A stretch of 64,000 nucleotides of DNA from an uncultured candidatus Porisulfidus sp. Its GTDB lineage: Bacteria > Pseudomonadota > Gammaproteobacteria > Poriferisulfidales > Poriferisulfidaceae. The notes under the pieces are model-generated. The model was not told the DNA's origin and did not search any database. It saw only the letters and a list, made by a program, of their open reading frames with translations. This document shows, piece after piece, positions 21,321 to 32,883 of this stretch. The position numbers and the translations under genes were made by a program. The stretch's first letter is position 1; each line of letters opens with the position of its first letter. The stretch covers positions 1-64,000 of the forward strand of contig OZ220480.1 in NCBI GenBank assembly GCA_965116025.1, in the 5' to 3' direction.

Positions 21321-22562
21321 TCATCCGTTCCAGCGAGCCGAAACATCGAATTCGAATAGCTCTTTTTTGGAGTTTCTCTTCCGGATGGCCCGACATTCCA
21401 CATCCTGAAACCCGAGACTCTCCAGCATCGCCGCGTAGAGTCGCTCCACGGATAGAAGCACCCCATAGAACGTCGAGTTTCCAACGATGTAATGCAACGC
21501 GGCTCCATCGTCCAAAACGGGCAAGAGAGCGTTGAGGTGCTTCCAAACGTCGTGGAAGTATTTCGCGACGTAATTCGCCAGAATCTTTCCGTTCTTGTTG
21601 TCTTGATGCGCGATACGATCCAGCGGGACATCAAGCAAGGGATGCGTAAAAGAGTTTTTTGGGGATTCCCAGTCGGCTAGCCTGCTGGTCGCCACGCCCC
21701 ATGTGCCGCCGACCGCCGACCAGTCCAACTCGCCGGCATCGCGTCCGTTGTCCAGAAAGCCAAGCCAGTACATATAGGGGCGGAGCTCGCGAATGTACGA
21801 CATCCGATTCGCGTAGGGCGGCGACGTGATGACCAGATCAAAGGCTCCTTCTACGGCTTCGGAGAGATTTCGGGCATCCCCAAGAATGACTCGTCCCGTT
21901 CCTCTCGGATTGTCCGCCGCGCTATTTATCACGAAACGCAGGTTGTCACGGAAGCTCCGCGTCATATCGATATCGAGAGAAATGCTCGATTGCCCCGCTT
22001 CCTTGCCGAATGACATCGACTGATGATTAAACGACGCGTTCGAAAGCTCAATCAAAGTTCTGCAGAACGCCATTAGCAAAAGGTCTCTTTCACGCGACTG
22101 CGTTTCAGTCTCGACCTCAAGACTGGCCATCAGAACGCGGAGAAACGCCAGCGCGTCCGTGCTCCACCATCGATCAATGTTGTGGATCGGCGGCATCTCC
22201 ACAGGCTTCACGTCTTCCCGCTTGATTGCCGTGACCACTCGCTCGCCTGCAGCGCGGGTCGATTGAAGAACCGCGCTGGGATATCGAGCGGTTTTCGCTT
22301 GACCAAGCCATACCAAAAAGGGATTGACATCCGTCGTGATGCCTTCGTGCCCATGATAAGCCGCGCTCAACGCCGTCGTCGCCGTGCCGCAAAATGGGTC
22401 AAGCACCCGCCGTCGCCGACCGTGCCTTAGGATTAATTCCTCTACGACCTTCACCGAATACGCTGGCGTAAGCCGAAGCCAGCCGTGCCGGCCTGCCTTC
22501 GTATTGAACCTGTGGGTATAATCCGACCTTTGCCGCATCTCATCCCTAGCCTCAAGGATCAT
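21321..22562 (-). CDS. Amino-DNA methyltransferase (N4-C likely)
   Basis: Motif I LDPFCGTAT precedes motif IV ITSPPY; IVGNS; intact 413 aa. Confidence 0.88.
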   Translation of the reverse strand: MILEARDEMRQRSDYTHRFNTKAGRHGWLRLTPAYSVKVVEELILRHGRRRRVLDPFCGTATTALSAAYHGHEGITTDVNPFLVWLGQAKTARYPSAVLQSTRAAGERVVTAIKREDVKPVEMPPIHNIDRWWSTDALAFLRVLMASLEVETETQSRERDLLLMAFCRTLIELSNASFNHQSMSFGKEAGQSSISLDIDMTRSFRDNLRFVINSAADNPRGTGRVILGDARNLSEAVEGAFDLVITSPPYANRMSYIRELRPYMYWLGFLDNGRDAGELDWSAVGGTWGVATSRLADWESPKNSFTHPLLDVPLDRIAHQDNKNGKILANYVAKYFHDVWKHLNALLPVLDDGAALHYIVGNSTFYGVLLSVERLYAAMLESLGFQDVECRAIRKRNSKKELFEFDVSARWNG

Positions 22563-23380
22563 GTCGACTCCGGGGTAAGCAATGCTTTCAAGATAGAGTT
22601 AATTTCCGAGCGAAGCATGGGCGCATTTCGCTGAAAGAATGCTTTCAAATCGTATCCCACGACATCTCGCATGAATCCATAGGTCTGAGGCCACAGGGTC
22701 CAGGGTGCCACTAGCGCCCGTTATGACCGACCACTTTTCAGCACGATAACGCGTCAAAATATCATTGTCAATCTGCTCCGACAGAATTACCGCGCATGGG
22801 AAATAGCCCTTCGTGTAGGCTGTGGTAGCGTTGGTAATATCCGCATTCTGACGCTTCGAATCCTTGCTTTTATAGCCCTACCGGATTTCAAAGACGGTAC
22901 CCGATAGACCTCCGAGCACCTTGTCATCTACACCTATCGCTTTTGCAGACTCACGCATCCATTCGTGGAAGCGACCTCGTTTTTCTTTACACTCAATTTT
23001 CTCAAGGGGAACTCGTCCGTCCAAGCGCAACGTCCGCTTTTTCCCACTTGGCCGAATCACCTGATACGACCAAGTCACGTCTTCCTCGGATAGCCCCAAT
23101 GAGTCTTTTATGATTCTCCGGAACAGCTTCTCGCAACCAATTCCGATCTGCCTGTATACGCTTGTCATGCCACCTGCCGCTTTGTGCGCAGCATATAGCA
23201 AGGGATTGTTCAGGCCAAACCAATTGTAGAAGGCATCTCCTTCGTATAGGTTTTGGAATTGTTCCAGCGTCAGCCCTCCGCTCGCCGACCCTCGCCCGAA
23301 CCTTGGCTTGTAGGAACGCATACGCTGATCGCATGCAAAATGATCTGCAGATATTCCTCATCTTCAGTTTTCATGCTCAT
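22559..23380 (-). pseudogene. Inactivated Type II restriction-endonuclease-like gene
   Basis: GGAG+ATG at 23380; frameshift near 23318; TAG at 22878-22880 inside FEIR*GYKSKDSKRQNAD; frameshift near 22685; repaired C-terminus ends in an ATGA overlap with the MTase start. Confidence 0.75.
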
Positions 23381-23425
23381 ATGACTATTAGGTCTCCCGA
23401 TCAGGATCTCGCATCAGAACGTATA

Positions 23426-23449
23426 GACGTTATCGTAGCGTATAACGTC
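23426..23449. promoter_or_regulatory. Palindromic operator-like site upstream of the R-M operon
   Basis: GACGTTAT-8bp-ATAACGTC perfect inverted repeat. Confidence 0.45.
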
Positions 23450-23723
23450 ATTTCAAGAGAAAACATATTAAAAGCAATGATTTATAGATGAGGAGCGCAA
23501 GATCGCCGCTCCAGAAATCGATGTTTCTTGGGCCACAACCATAATATAGCATCGCGATTTTGGCGGCGCGGCATTGCCAACAAGGCCAAGACTCGCGACC
23601 CGGTTCACTTTTCAAAACCCATGCGTCAACTCGCGCTTTTTTCGATGCTGGAGCAAGATTCTAACCGTAGGCTTGCGGGCACACCCCTATAATGACACTT
23701 CCCAAAGCTCCCAGTATCCACCC

Positions 23724-24203
23724 ATGACGCTCTCCACCGCCGACATTTCCGATCAATATCCAGACGAGATCCAGGTCGTCGAGCCGGGATTCCGCGATTA
23801 CGGCGGCATTCCCGCATTCGCGGGAGTGATCTCCACGGTGCGATGCCTAGAAGACAACTCCAAGGTGCGAGAGGCTCTCGAAGAGGAGGGAAACGGCCGT
23901 GTGCTAGTCGTGGACGGGTACGCTTCCAAGCGATGCGCGCTACTCGGCGATATCCTCGCCACCATGGCCCGCGATCATCACTGGGCTGGGATTATCGTCT
24001 ACGGTTGCATCCGCGACTCCGCAATCATCGCCACGATTCAGATCGGGGTAAAGGCTCTAGGCACTAACCCATTGAAAAGCGTGAAACGGGGAGATGGAGA
24101 CCGCGATATCGCGGTCCACTTCTCTGGAACGGATTTCACTCCCGGACACTGGGTATGCGCGGATTCGGATGGCATTCTGGTGGCCTCTCGGGCGCTCGCC
24201 TGA
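23724..24203 (+). CDS. rraA: RraA family (RNase E regulator / HMG aldolase)
   Basis: STADISD, EDNSKV, VLVVDG, ALLGD, GCIRD, ADSDGI. Confidence 0.92.
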   Translation: MTLSTADISDQYPDEIQVVEPGFRDYGGIPAFAGVISTVRCLEDNSKVREALEEEGNGRVLVVDGYASKRCALLGDILATMARDHHWAGIIVYGCIRDSAIIATIQIGVKALGTNPLKSVKRGDGDRDIAVHFSGTDFTPGHWVCADSDGILVASRALA

Positions 24204-24217
24204 AAGCCGAATCGCGC

Positions 24218-24982
24218 TCAGGACCGAGCATCACCCCGCCGCTCGCCACGGCGCTTCAACCGGACCAGGTACAAAATCGGCCCCGACAGCGCGTAGCCGG
24301 CGAAAACGATCAGCAACACATTCGGCGGGTGAATGGAGAACAGCAAAAATCCGCCCAAAATGGCCAACCAGGTAATCAGACCGACGCGAAACTTGGGCCG
24401 GGTTTCCTTGAAACTGTAGTAGCTAAACCGACTTACCAGCAAGATGGCGATCAACAGGGTGGCCGCCAGCGTCACTTCCTTGAGATCTCCGCCGGCATAC
24501 CCATAGCTGGTCGCGACCCACATTCCCGCCATCAAGACACCCGCTCCCGCCGGACTCGGAAGTCCACGAAAAAACGTCCGATCCTGGGACTGGGCATGCG
24601 TATTGAAGCGCGCCAGTCGCAATCCAACCGCCGCCATGTAGAAAAAGGCGCCCAGCCATCCAATCTTGGCCCATTCGCCTCCGACTGGGGCCATGAACTG
24701 CAGGGACCACTCGTACACCACTAAAGCCGGCGCCACTCCGAAAGCGAGCATATCGCTCAGGCTGTCGTAATGCAGGCCGAACTCACTGGCCGTATGGGTC
24801 AGGCGAGCGACCCGACCATCCAGCGTGTCGAACGCCATGGCCACGAAGACCGCGATGGCGGCCGCCTCGAAGCGCTGCTCAATCGCGAAGATGATGGCGG
24901 AGAACCCGGCGAACATCGCCGCCGTGGTCAGCAGGCTCGGCAACAAATAAATGCTGCGGCGATAGCGACGTGAACCCTTCAC
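24218..24982 (-). CDS. pssA: CDP-diacylglycerol--serine O-phosphatidyltransferase
   Basis: DTLDGRVARL, DSLSDMLAFGVAPA, LRLARFN, FRGLPSP; GTG start at 24982 is inferred. Confidence 0.93.
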   Translation of the reverse strand: MKGSRRYRRSIYLLPSLLTTAAMFAGFSAIIFAIEQRFEAAAIAVFVAMAFDTLDGRVARLTHTASEFGLHYDSLSDMLAFGVAPALVVYEWSLQFMAPVGGEWAKIGWLGAFFYMAAVGLRLARFNTHAQSQDRTFFRGLPSPAGAGVLMAGMWVATSYGYAGGDLKEVTLAATLLIAILLVSRFSYYSFKETRPKFRVGLITWLAILGGFLLFSIHPPNVLLIVFAGYALSGPILYLVRLKRRGERRGDARS

Positions 24983-25050
24983 GGAGCGAAGCCTTGAGAA
25001 AATGACACCGCGGCGGCTATCCGCCGCGGCAGGAACGTTCGGTACTTGGT

Positions 25051-25131
25051 CTAGACGAGGTTGACTACGCACCACGCGAGCAATGCGTATACCGCCCAAA
25101 ACACAACCATCGATACGAGATTGCCTATCAT
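25051..25131 (-). CDS. Putative 26-aa membrane peptide MIGNLVSMVVFWAVYALLAWCVVNLV
   Basis: Perfect SD GGAGGAG, extended -10 TGCTAAAAT at 25188-25196, no charged residues. Confidence 0.55.
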   Translation of the reverse strand: MIGNLVSMVVFWAVYALLAWCVVNLV

Positions 25132-25376
25132 TTGCTCCTCCAGAATGTCCTGGGTATCAATCGCCGGGCATATCGCCTGCGAGGCGCATTTTAGCATGGA
25201 CACATGAGCGGGAGCTGGCCCGATCACGCCGGGTTGGGTGCGCTGCCCGAAGTCCCCCTCGCCAATCCCACGCGCCTCCTCGCCATCGGGTTCGCCACGA
25301 GCGACCCCACTTTCCAATAGGAATGACTTCGCGATGCCAGCCACGCGAAAGAAGTCGACAGGCCGCGCCATGGACG

Positions 25377-27113
25377 CTACCCATCGATGGCGGGCCGGGC
25401 ACTCTCCGCAACGGCCGCGATCGCGTCCAATTTCTCGTCTATCTCGGGGTCGATCTCCTCTTCGGGGATATGATCGGCAAGTTCGTAAAAGCTCTTCTTG
25501 TCCAACAGATTGGGCAAATCTATCTTCTTAAAATAAGACTGAAACAGCGGTTTCAGAAATTCTTCGCTTGCCTTGACTTGATCGCTCCAAAGCGCCCCCT
25601 TCCCCAAGGTGTCCAGAGCCTCGCCAACCTCCCGAATCGCCTCTCGCATGGCCGTCACCCGCTTATCAGCCTCCCATGGCGCAAAAAGAGGCAACGCTTC
25701 CATCATCGCGGACGCGCGCGCGTAAGCTTCAAGAGTCGCTTCCGTGCAAAGATAGTTCTCGATCTCCCACCGCCTCCAAGACAAAAGAGGGAAAGACGCG
25801 TCGGCGGGTACGCCCTTCTCCAATCTATCAAAAAGAGCTATGCCTCGGAGATCCTGGCGCGCTTTCCTGAGACCATGGAAATGGTTCTCGGCCGCTTTCG
25901 GCTGGTTTCCGACATAGCGCACGAAGGGTCTTTCCAATGCTTGGACGGCCCGGTCTTTATTAAGCCGCTTGGCGAAGGCGCGCAATATCTCCAAGTCGGT
26001 CGAGCCCTCCAGGTAGAGCACCCATCCGGTCTGCTCAGCTTGATAATATTGGTCATATCCAATCTCGGCCAGCGCCTTGCGCGCTTGACTCCGGCGATCA
26101 TCAATTCGATGCGGCGATCCAATAAACGCGATGACCAAATCCTTGTCGGCGGCCTCGTTCAGAAGAACTTCGGAATGACTCGCCGCGATGATCTGATTCC
26201 CGTTATCCTTGGCGGCTTGGGTGATCAGGCCATAGATCTGGTGCTGGCGCAAAATTTCGAGATGCGCGTCAGGCTCGTCCAACAGAATGGCGGCGCCGGG
26301 GTTCGCTTGCATATAGGCGAGAATCAAAAGCGTTTGCTGCAACCCTCGCCCGCTCGACGAAAGATCCAGCTTCACACCCTCCTCCTCATACCCCATCGTG
26401 ATCTCTCCCCGTTCCTCAATGTAGCGGGGAACGCCCAACTTTACGCCGAATAGCGCCTTGATCCGCTCCACCAAGGAATTCCATTGATCGGGATTCTGGT
26501 CCGCGATGCGGAAGCAGAGATTGCGCAAAACTTCCGCCGTACGGCCTTCTCCGATCCTGACATTCACGGCACCCGGATCCAGCCGCGTCTCGGTGGCGGC
26601 GAGACCAGACATAGGAGGAAGGAAAGCGACGCGAACGGATCTCGCCTCATTCGCGACCGGCATTCTATCGGGATGCTTGCCTTGGCCGATTCGAAGCAGT
26701 CGACAATAGAATGATTCCTCATTGGCGTAATCGAATTCCATGCCGCAAGTCCATGCCTTGCTCCCGCTTACGCCCTCGACGATGAGATCAATCCGAACGT
26801 TGTCCATTCTCTGCTTTCCATGGTCTCTCCGCACGTTCCGCATACGCATAGCTCGCCACAGGTGCGCGGCGCTCGGATGCGGAATAGCGAACAGATCCTT
26901 ACGGTTGATCGTCACGCCGGGACGTTTCTCCGGCGCGCTTCTGCCAGCGCGTTTCTCATTCCACCGTTTCACGCCGATATCCCACAACGCTAGAGCCTGC
27001 ATGGCCGAGGTTTTCCCTGAATTGTTAGGCCCGATGAACACGACCGGGTTACCCAGATCAACATCGACTTCGCCAAAGCGCTTGAAGTTTCGGATGGTGA
27101 TCTTAGTAAGCAT
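25377..27113 (-). CDS. ABC/AAA ATPase with C-terminal TOPRIM-like domain (OLD-like)
   Basis: IRNFKRF, Walker A GPNNSGKT, SSSGRGLQQ, LLDEPDAHL, ASHS, YLEGSTD, EIENYL. Confidence 0.88.
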   Translation of the reverse strand: MLTKITIRNFKRFGEVDVDLGNPVVFIGPNNSGKTSAMQALALWDIGVKRWNEKRAGRSAPEKRPGVTINRKDLFAIPHPSAAHLWRAMRMRNVRRDHGKQRMDNVRIDLIVEGVSGSKAWTCGMEFDYANEESFYCRLLRIGQGKHPDRMPVANEARSVRVAFLPPMSGLAATETRLDPGAVNVRIGEGRTAEVLRNLCFRIADQNPDQWNSLVERIKALFGVKLGVPRYIEERGEITMGYEEEGVKLDLSSSGRGLQQTLLILAYMQANPGAAILLDEPDAHLEILRQHQIYGLITQAAKDNGNQIIAASHSEVLLNEAADKDLVIAFIGSPHRIDDRRSQARKALAEIGYDQYYQAEQTGWVLYLEGSTDLEILRAFAKRLNKDRAVQALERPFVRYVGNQPKAAENHFHGLRKARQDLRGIALFDRLEKGVPADASFPLLSWRRWEIENYLCTEATLEAYARASAMMEALPLFAPWEADKRVTAMREAIREVGEALDTLGKGALWSDQVKASEEFLKPLFQSYFKKIDLPNLLDKKSFYELADHIPEEEIDPEIDEKLDAIAAVAESARPAIDG

Positions 27114-27225
27114 GAGAACGCTACTTCGTCAGTCCTGATTCCCATCAACAAAGCATCGCTTGCGAATCCCCAATGCCCCGCCTTGTGATTTTTTTAGCTT
27201 TTCGCCACAGATCGGAACCCCCAAC

Positions 27226-28014
27226 TTATGGCGCGATGCGATGCCGCACTTTGCGACTGAGATCTTCACGCGATTCGAGCGACGAAATCATATCGCCACC
27301 AACATCGGATAGTCTCGCCAAATCCATCCTTGATATCTCAGCCTGGTCTTCAAAAACGAGAAGAGATTCGAAACGCAAGTCATGCCGATGAAAGTGCGAA
27401 AGAATAATTGTCGTTAGGCGCGCTTTGTCCCGGTTCGGAATACCATAGAGGAAGAGTGGATCTCTCCTCTCGCCCTCTATGCAGTAATCCACCGGATAGC
27501 ATTCGGCATTGGGCACTTCCGGAAAATAATCGCGTTTGACCGAGGATTCATCGACGACACTGATCAAAAATGCAGTCAAATCATCGTAAAACGTTGAACC
27601 TGTGCTGGAGCGTGAAAGCAACGTTAGATCATACACTCTAGTCAGGGCCTGCCCGAAAGTAAAGATAGCTTCCGGCAAGCACTCGGGCGCAACATCAAAA
27701 CAGAGAGCACCATGATTACCGTCCCAGCGAAGTCCAGACTCGCGCATGATTCGCTCAAGAAGCATGCCGCGCGTTCCATCTAAGAATGAATCCACGTCAT
27801 GCTCATAACTGACATGCATTAGCGTATGCCCACGATCTGACAATTGAAGCCCACCAGCCGCAGCTTCGGAAAGGTGGATCGGGTAGTGATCACCATCGGG
27901 AAACGCGAAATGCGTGTGCAACATCAAAGCACCGTCGGGACGTTGCTCGACTCGCACATCCTCACAAAGCCGTTGGCACAGAAAATCCCGGAGCGCGTCC
28001 GCGTCAAGAGACAT
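27226..28014 (-). CDS. DUF1828-like protein
   Basis: THFAFPDGDHYPI..LSDRGHTL pattern typical of DUF1828; C-terminal YPVDYCI. Confidence 0.75.
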   Translation of the reverse strand: MSLDADALRDFLCQRLCEDVRVEQRPDGALMLHTHFAFPDGDHYPIHLSEAAAGGLQLSDRGHTLMHVSYEHDVDSFLDGTRGMLLERIMRESGLRWDGNHGALCFDVAPECLPEAIFTFGQALTRVYDLTLLSRSSTGSTFYDDLTAFLISVVDESSVKRDYFPEVPNAECYPVDYCIEGERRDPLFLYGIPNRDKARLTTIILSHFHRHDLRFESLLVFEDQAEISRMDLARLSDVGGDMISSLESREDLSRKVRHRIAP

Positions 28015-28484
28015 TAGAGCAATCTCGGCGCATCAGGTTGGGCAATCAATCCAGCCACATTGTAATCCTCGACCAAACAGGATAGCGCGCCCTCCAAGGA
28101 CTCGAACCGATTAGTCACAGTCGCATATGCTTCGGCTTTCCTACCCGACCTAATAGCATTTTCCGACGCGAGGTGAATGTGCGGCCGATAAATGATCTCA
28201 CCGTGCACATGGCTTGGTCCATTGTAGCGAGCCAGCGTCAGTGGCAGAGCACCGCGAGGCAGATAGGAAATTCCACATGAGAAATCGCTCTCATCTTCCA
28301 GATTCTGCCGCTGATATATCAGAAAGGCCTTTTTTTCTTCCTCTCCAGATACATTGAAGTTCCGTTGCCGATGAACAGGCTTTCCTCTCGGCTTTTTTAG
28401 CCAACGCGCTTTTGGATTTTCCACGCGCTTCTCCATCAACCGAAAAGCGCGCAGATCCTCTTCGCTGTATATCTTGGTACGCAT
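28014..28484 (-). CDS. Hypothetical protein with HxH motifs (DUF6978-like)
   Basis: LARYNGPSHVH..RPHIH; stop overlaps the DUF1828-like start; begins 13 bp after the ilvC stop. Confidence 0.7.
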   Translation of the reverse strand: MRTKIYSEEDLRAFRLMEKRVENPKARWLKKPRGKPVHRQRNFNVSGEEEKKAFLIYQRQNLEDESDFSCGISYLPRGALPLTLARYNGPSHVHGEIIYRPHIHLASENAIRSGRKAEAYATVTNRFESLEGALSCLVEDYNVAGLIAQPDAPRLL

Positions 28485-28497
28485 GAACGAGCTCGCG

Positions 28498-30058
<1,561 letters not shown>

Positions 30059-30060
30059 GA

Positions 30061-31788
30061 TCAGGACAGAATCATCTCGTTGTGCGCCGCGCCCGGAGCG
30101 ATCATCGGAAACACGTTCTCGCGGGGATCGGTCACGAAATCGGCGAACACCAGCCGATCCTTGATGCTCAAGATCTCGCGCAGGGCTGGCTCCACGTCCT
30201 TCGGCCTCTCGATCTTCATACCGATATGGCCATAACTCTCCGCGAGTTTCACGAAGTCCGGCAACGCGTCCATATACGACATGGCGTATCGGGAATCATA
30301 GAAGAAATCTTGCCACTGGCGGACCATTCCCATATATCGGTTGTTCAGGTTGATGATCTTGATCGGCAATCCATATTGCCGGCACGTCGACAGCTCCTGA
30401 ATGCACATCTGGATGCTCGCCTCGCCGGTCACGCAACACACCAACTCGTCCGGATGGGCCAGCTGCGCGCCCATCGCCGCGGGCAATCCGAAGCCCATGG
30501 TGCCAAGCCCGCCGGAGTTAATCCAGCGACGGGGCTTGCTGAACTTGTACAGTTGCGCCACCCACATCTGGTGCTGTCCCACGTCGGAAGTCACGAAGGC
30601 GTCTCCTCCGGTCTGCTCGTATAGCCGCTCCAGAACGTACTGCGGCTTGATCTCGCCGTCCATATCTTGCTGATAAGCGAAAGAATTCTTTTTCGTCCAC
30701 TCGCGGATCCGCTTCCACCACGCGGAAATGTCGGGTAACGAATATTTTTCGCTTTGCAACTCGTCGATCAGCGCGCGCAACACTCTTCGAGCGTCGCCCA
30801 CCACCGGAACGCGCGCCTGAAAGTTCTTCGAGATGGACGAGGGATCGACATCCACATGGATCACTTGGGCATACGGGCAAAAGCCATCCAATCGTCCCGT
30901 GATCCGATCATCGAAGCGAGCCCCTATGGCAATCAAGACATCGCTGTGGTGCATCGCCATATTCGCCTCATATGAGCCATGCATGCCCAGCATCTGGAGG
31001 AACTGCGGGTCCGTTCCTGGATAGGCGCCGAGCCCCATCAGCGTGTTGGTGATAGGGAATCCGGTCAGCCTCGCGAACTCGATCAACTCTTCGTGCGCCT
31101 CGCTGGAAATCACGCCACCCCCACTGTAGATGACCGGTCTCTCGGCCTTCGCGATCAGCCTGGCCGCCCGCTTGATCTGTCCCATGTGCCCTTCCAGATT
31201 AGGCTGATAGGAGCGCATGTTCAGCTCTCGCGGATAAGAGAACGCCATTTTCTGCTCGGTCACGTCCTTCGGGATATCCACCACCACCGGACCCGGCCGG
31301 CCGGTCCCAGCGATGTGGAACGCGCGCTTGATCGCGAGCGGCAGGTCCGCCACCGTCTTCACGAGGATGTTGTGCTTCACGCAGGGCCGCGTGATGCCCA
31401 CGGTGTCAACCTCTTGGAAAGCGTCGTTACCGATCAGCGCGGTGCGCACCTGCCCGGTGAACACCACCAACGGAACCGAATCCATGTAGGCGTCGGCGAT
31501 GCCGGTCACGGCGTTGGTCGCGCCCGGGCCAGAAGTCACCAGCACGACTCCAACCTTTCCGGTCGATTTCGCGTAGCCTTCGGCCGCGTGCGCCGCGCCC
31601 TGCTCATGGCGGACCAAGATATGCTTAACCGCGCGCTGCTTGTGCAACTCGTCGTAGATATGCAACACGGCGCCGCCCGGGTAACCAAACACCGTGGTAA
31701 CCCCCTCCTCGACCAAGCAGCGAATGAAAATTTCCGCGCCGGTCAATTCCTGCTCGACAGGATTCAGGCTGTGTTTCAGGTTGTTCAT
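30061..31788 (-). CDS. ilvI: Acetolactate synthase large subunit
   Basis: FGYPGGAVL, RHEQGA, SDVGQHQM, SGGLGTMGFG, MGMVRQWQ. Confidence 0.96.
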   Translation of the reverse strand: MNNLKHSLNPVEQELTGAEIFIRCLVEEGVTTVFGYPGGAVLHIYDELHKQRAVKHILVRHEQGAAHAAEGYAKSTGKVGVVLVTSGPGATNAVTGIADAYMDSVPLVVFTGQVRTALIGNDAFQEVDTVGITRPCVKHNILVKTVADLPLAIKRAFHIAGTGRPGPVVVDIPKDVTEQKMAFSYPRELNMRSYQPNLEGHMGQIKRAARLIAKAERPVIYSGGGVISSEAHEELIEFARLTGFPITNTLMGLGAYPGTDPQFLQMLGMHGSYEANMAMHHSDVLIAIGARFDDRITGRLDGFCPYAQVIHVDVDPSSISKNFQARVPVVGDARRVLRALIDELQSEKYSLPDISAWWKRIREWTKKNSFAYQQDMDGEIKPQYVLERLYEQTGGDAFVTSDVGQHQMWVAQLYKFSKPRRWINSGGLGTMGFGLPAAMGAQLAHPDELVCCVTGEASIQMCIQELSTCRQYGLPIKIINLNNRYMGMVRQWQDFFYDSRYAMSYMDALPDFVKLAESYGHIGMKIERPKDVEPALREILSIKDRLVFADFVTDPRENVFPMIAPGAAHNEMILS

Positions 31789-32072
31789 ATGGTCGCCCGC
31801 CCCTCATAGCGAGGGCAAGCTAGGATCGTCGCGCGCTATTGTGCGTCAAAAACCCCTATCTTTCAAATTAAAATCTCTCTTCAGATGGCGAGCGAACCGG
31901 CCTAGAGCATCAATTCTCCGTCAAGAAGCGATCCCAGAAACCGACCCGCGCCGCGGCGAGACAATCTATCCAATGCGGAAGCGCGTTGATCTCACGAAAG
32001 ACCAGCGCGGCAACTTCGGGGGGAATATAACGCTCAAGTTAGCTGCCAGTTGGGTTTTAGCCAGAGAGCTCA

Positions 32073-32345
32073 ATGAAGCGTGATCGTTTCTGGCATAGCC
32101 ACAAAAAAAACGCGCGCGAGGTACCCGATGATATCGAGAAAAAGTTCCCGGCTCCTCCTCGGTCTCAACCCGATACTCAAGATGAATCCCGACAAGAAAT
32201 TTTGCTGGAGAGTTACGAGACACCGCCATCCCATCAGCGCGACATGAATCCGACCGCGCGCCACCGAGGAGGCGTTCCACTTATCGATCCGCAGAACCCT
32301 GAAGAATCAATGACCCCCAGCGCCCACACAGTCGGATTTGGATAG
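32073..32345 (+). CDS. Hypothetical protein, 90 aa, likely disordered
   Basis: Longest ATG ORF in a lower-GC gap; no recognisable motif. Confidence 0.35.
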   Translation: MKRDRFWHSHKKNAREVPDDIEKKFPAPPRSQPDTQDESRQEILLESYETPPSHQRDMNPTARHRGGVPLIDPQNPEESMTPSAHTVGFG

Positions 32346-32427
32346 TTCGCGAAAAACTGAGCCAGCCAAACCTTCACTCTAAAGAAGAGATGTCCTGATC
32401 AAAGGATCAGTGGGAGACTCTCGTCAA

Positions 32428-32658
32428 TCAGGCTTTTCGCAACCGAAAGCAGAATTTCCCGTTTTCCTCGGAGGACTCCAGCAACGGGTTTCCGGTCTGC
32501 TTCGAAAACGCTTCAAAATCCTTGACCGCCCCGGGATCCGTCGCGACCACGCGCAACACCTGCCCACTATCCATAGAGGCCAAGGATTTTTTCGCGCGCA
32601 AGATGGGGAGCGGGCAATTCAGTCCAGAGGCATCCAACTCTTGGTCAAAATCCGACAT
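32428..32658 (-). CDS. tusA: Sulfurtransferase TusA family
   Basis: LDASGLNCPLPIL, ATDPGAVKDF. Confidence 0.93.
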   Translation of the reverse strand: MSDFDQELDASGLNCPLPILRAKKSLASMDSGQVLRVVATDPGAVKDFEAFSKQTGNPLLESSEENGKFCFRLRKA

Positions 32659-32883
32659 GCGTATACACTCCTGTTGTCAATGTCCAGTTCTATTATATGC
32701 TGGGCGCGTACAATATAATTCCCATATAATTGATCGCGCCACCTCAAGCCAGGACCGATTCGCCACACGCCGAAACGCGAGACCGGAACCTTCGCCCGCC
32801 TCCCTCTGTCCAACTTTCCACAGTTGCGCGCCAAATCCGCGCGAGACCGACGTTCCATGCTCATTATTTAGATTTTTGGAAAA

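Noticed and set aside
22878-22880. In-frame TAG as programmed readthrough or pyrrolysine
   Set aside because: The same gene has two frameshifts and TAG is used as a normal stop elsewhere; simple decay explains it
31790-32070. ilv attenuator leader peptide
   Set aside because: No Ile/Leu/Val-rich short ORF with a terminator could be identified
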